Shown here: positions 44,778 to 45,319 of the stretch, piece after piece
Layout: each line of letters starts with the position of its first letter
How positions within the stretch are numbered: the stretch's first letter is position 1
From: a virus
Taxonomy: Duplodnaviria > Caudoviricetes
Strand: one strand, 5' to 3'
DNA: 45,319 nt
Virus record (IMG/VR): IMGVR_UViG_3300011438_000006
Coordinates: 1-45,319 of that record
The notes under the pieces: model-generated
What the model saw: only the letters and a program-made list of their open reading frames with translations
Told to the model about the DNA's origin: nothing
The model's database searches: none
Translations under genes and position numbers: made by a program

Positions 44778-44910
44778 GAACAGGCTCCTTGATCGTAACA
44801 GGGATTTGCTCTGAGCCTGTGAACTGAAGAATCTGAATCACATCGCTCATAGTCATACCCTGTCTCTCGCAAGTCTTCAAGAAAAGGATAATCTGGTCTA
44901 CGGTAAACAT
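44749..44910 (-). CDS. hypothetical protein (start MFTVDQ)
   Basis: GGAG SD. Confidence 0.6.
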   Translation of the reverse strand: MFTVDQIILFLKTCERQGMTMSDVIQILQFTGSEQIPVTIKEPVHVFSESQSV

Positions 44911-44911
44911 T

Positions 44912-45094
44912 TCAATCTCCGATTTGTAACTCCTGTAGGGTAGTAAAAGCATTTTGGAATGCCGCACACGCAGCTTCCCTGTCTGTCACATAAATGTCAA
45001 GTACAAAACGATCATCAAGAGTTTCAATTACAAGACTAATCTGAGTTTCATCGGTATCTGAGAAGTGAACAGATGGTAACCAATCACTGTTCAT
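44912..45094 (-). CDS. hypothetical protein (start MNSDWL; upstream start at 45154 possible)
   Basis: ORF packing. Confidence 0.55.
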   Translation of the reverse strand: MNSDWLPSVHFSDTDETQISLVIETLDDRFVLDIYVTDREAACAAFQNAFTTLQELQIGD

Positions 45095-45107
45095 TCTCAA
45101 CGTTTGT

Positions 45108-45254
45108 TTAGCTGTTCCTTCGTCTTCGTTTTTGGTTGTCCTTCTGAGTGGCATCAGTACTTGATACCTTCCCCATTACCCAAAAGAATCCCATATACAG
45201 AGTGAGAAAAATAATGACACACAGTATGATTAGTAGTATATCTTTCCACGGCAC
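45108..45254 (-). CDS. small single-TM membrane protein (48 aa) crossing the circular junction
   Basis: GTG-PWKDILLIILCVIIFLTLYMGFFWVM...KRRRRNS; TAGTG overlap with the gene ending at 58/45254. Confidence 0.55.
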   Translation of the reverse strand: MPWKDILLIILCVIIFLTLYMGFFWVMGKVSSTDATQKDNQKRRRRNS

Positions 45255-45319
45255 TATGCTTCCAATACAATATTCTTCACCGCATACATCAAGCTTTCCT
45301 CAAGCTTACGGAGAGCAAT
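45197..45319. repeat. 123-bp direct repeat, copy 2
   Basis: Identical to 1-123. Confidence 0.95.

Noticed and set aside
1-45319. Integrase/repressor lysogeny module, reverse transcriptase (retron/DGR), stop-codon recoding
   Set aside because: No recombinase or RT motifs in any ORF; core genes are intact in the standard code and no suppressor tRNA is present

Overview
The window is a complete, circularly assembled ~45.2 kb dsDNA tailed-phage genome: bases 1-123 are repeated exactly at 45197-45319. It is most likely a lytic podovirus-type phage of an actinobacterial host. Support: a WhiB gene, a PGRP-type amidase endolysin and an actinophage-like holin; portal, adaptor, nozzle and ejection proteins with no tape measure or tail tube; no recognisable integrase. 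Two arms diverge from a non-coding control region at ~12.3-13.6 kb. The + arm (13.6-35.6 kb) carries TerS, a lysis cassette, TerL, head, short tail and ejection genes. The - arm carries early small genes, an SNF2 helicase, an RNA locus, a Cas4-like nuclease, AAA ATPase, SSB, primase-helicase, PolA, a DEDDh exonuclease and a RuvC-like resolvase. Most unusual signals: (1) a ~630-nt ORF-free, densely base-paired RNA locus (1991-2623) upstream of tRNA-Arg(UCU) and of a 64-nt tRNA-like RNA with no anticodon arm; (2) three ATAG-N7-CTAT-type boxes at an exact 24-bp period, found at three loci, twice at the same offset from a shared 32-bp promoter motif and once over the whiB promoter; (3) a perfect CRP/GlxR box upstream of the first early gene; (4) an Acb2/Tad1-like candidate anti-defence sponge; (5) a whiB ORF whose last ~140 codons lie antisense to the whole resolvase gene. 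All protein calls come from motif recognition by eye; no searches were run.
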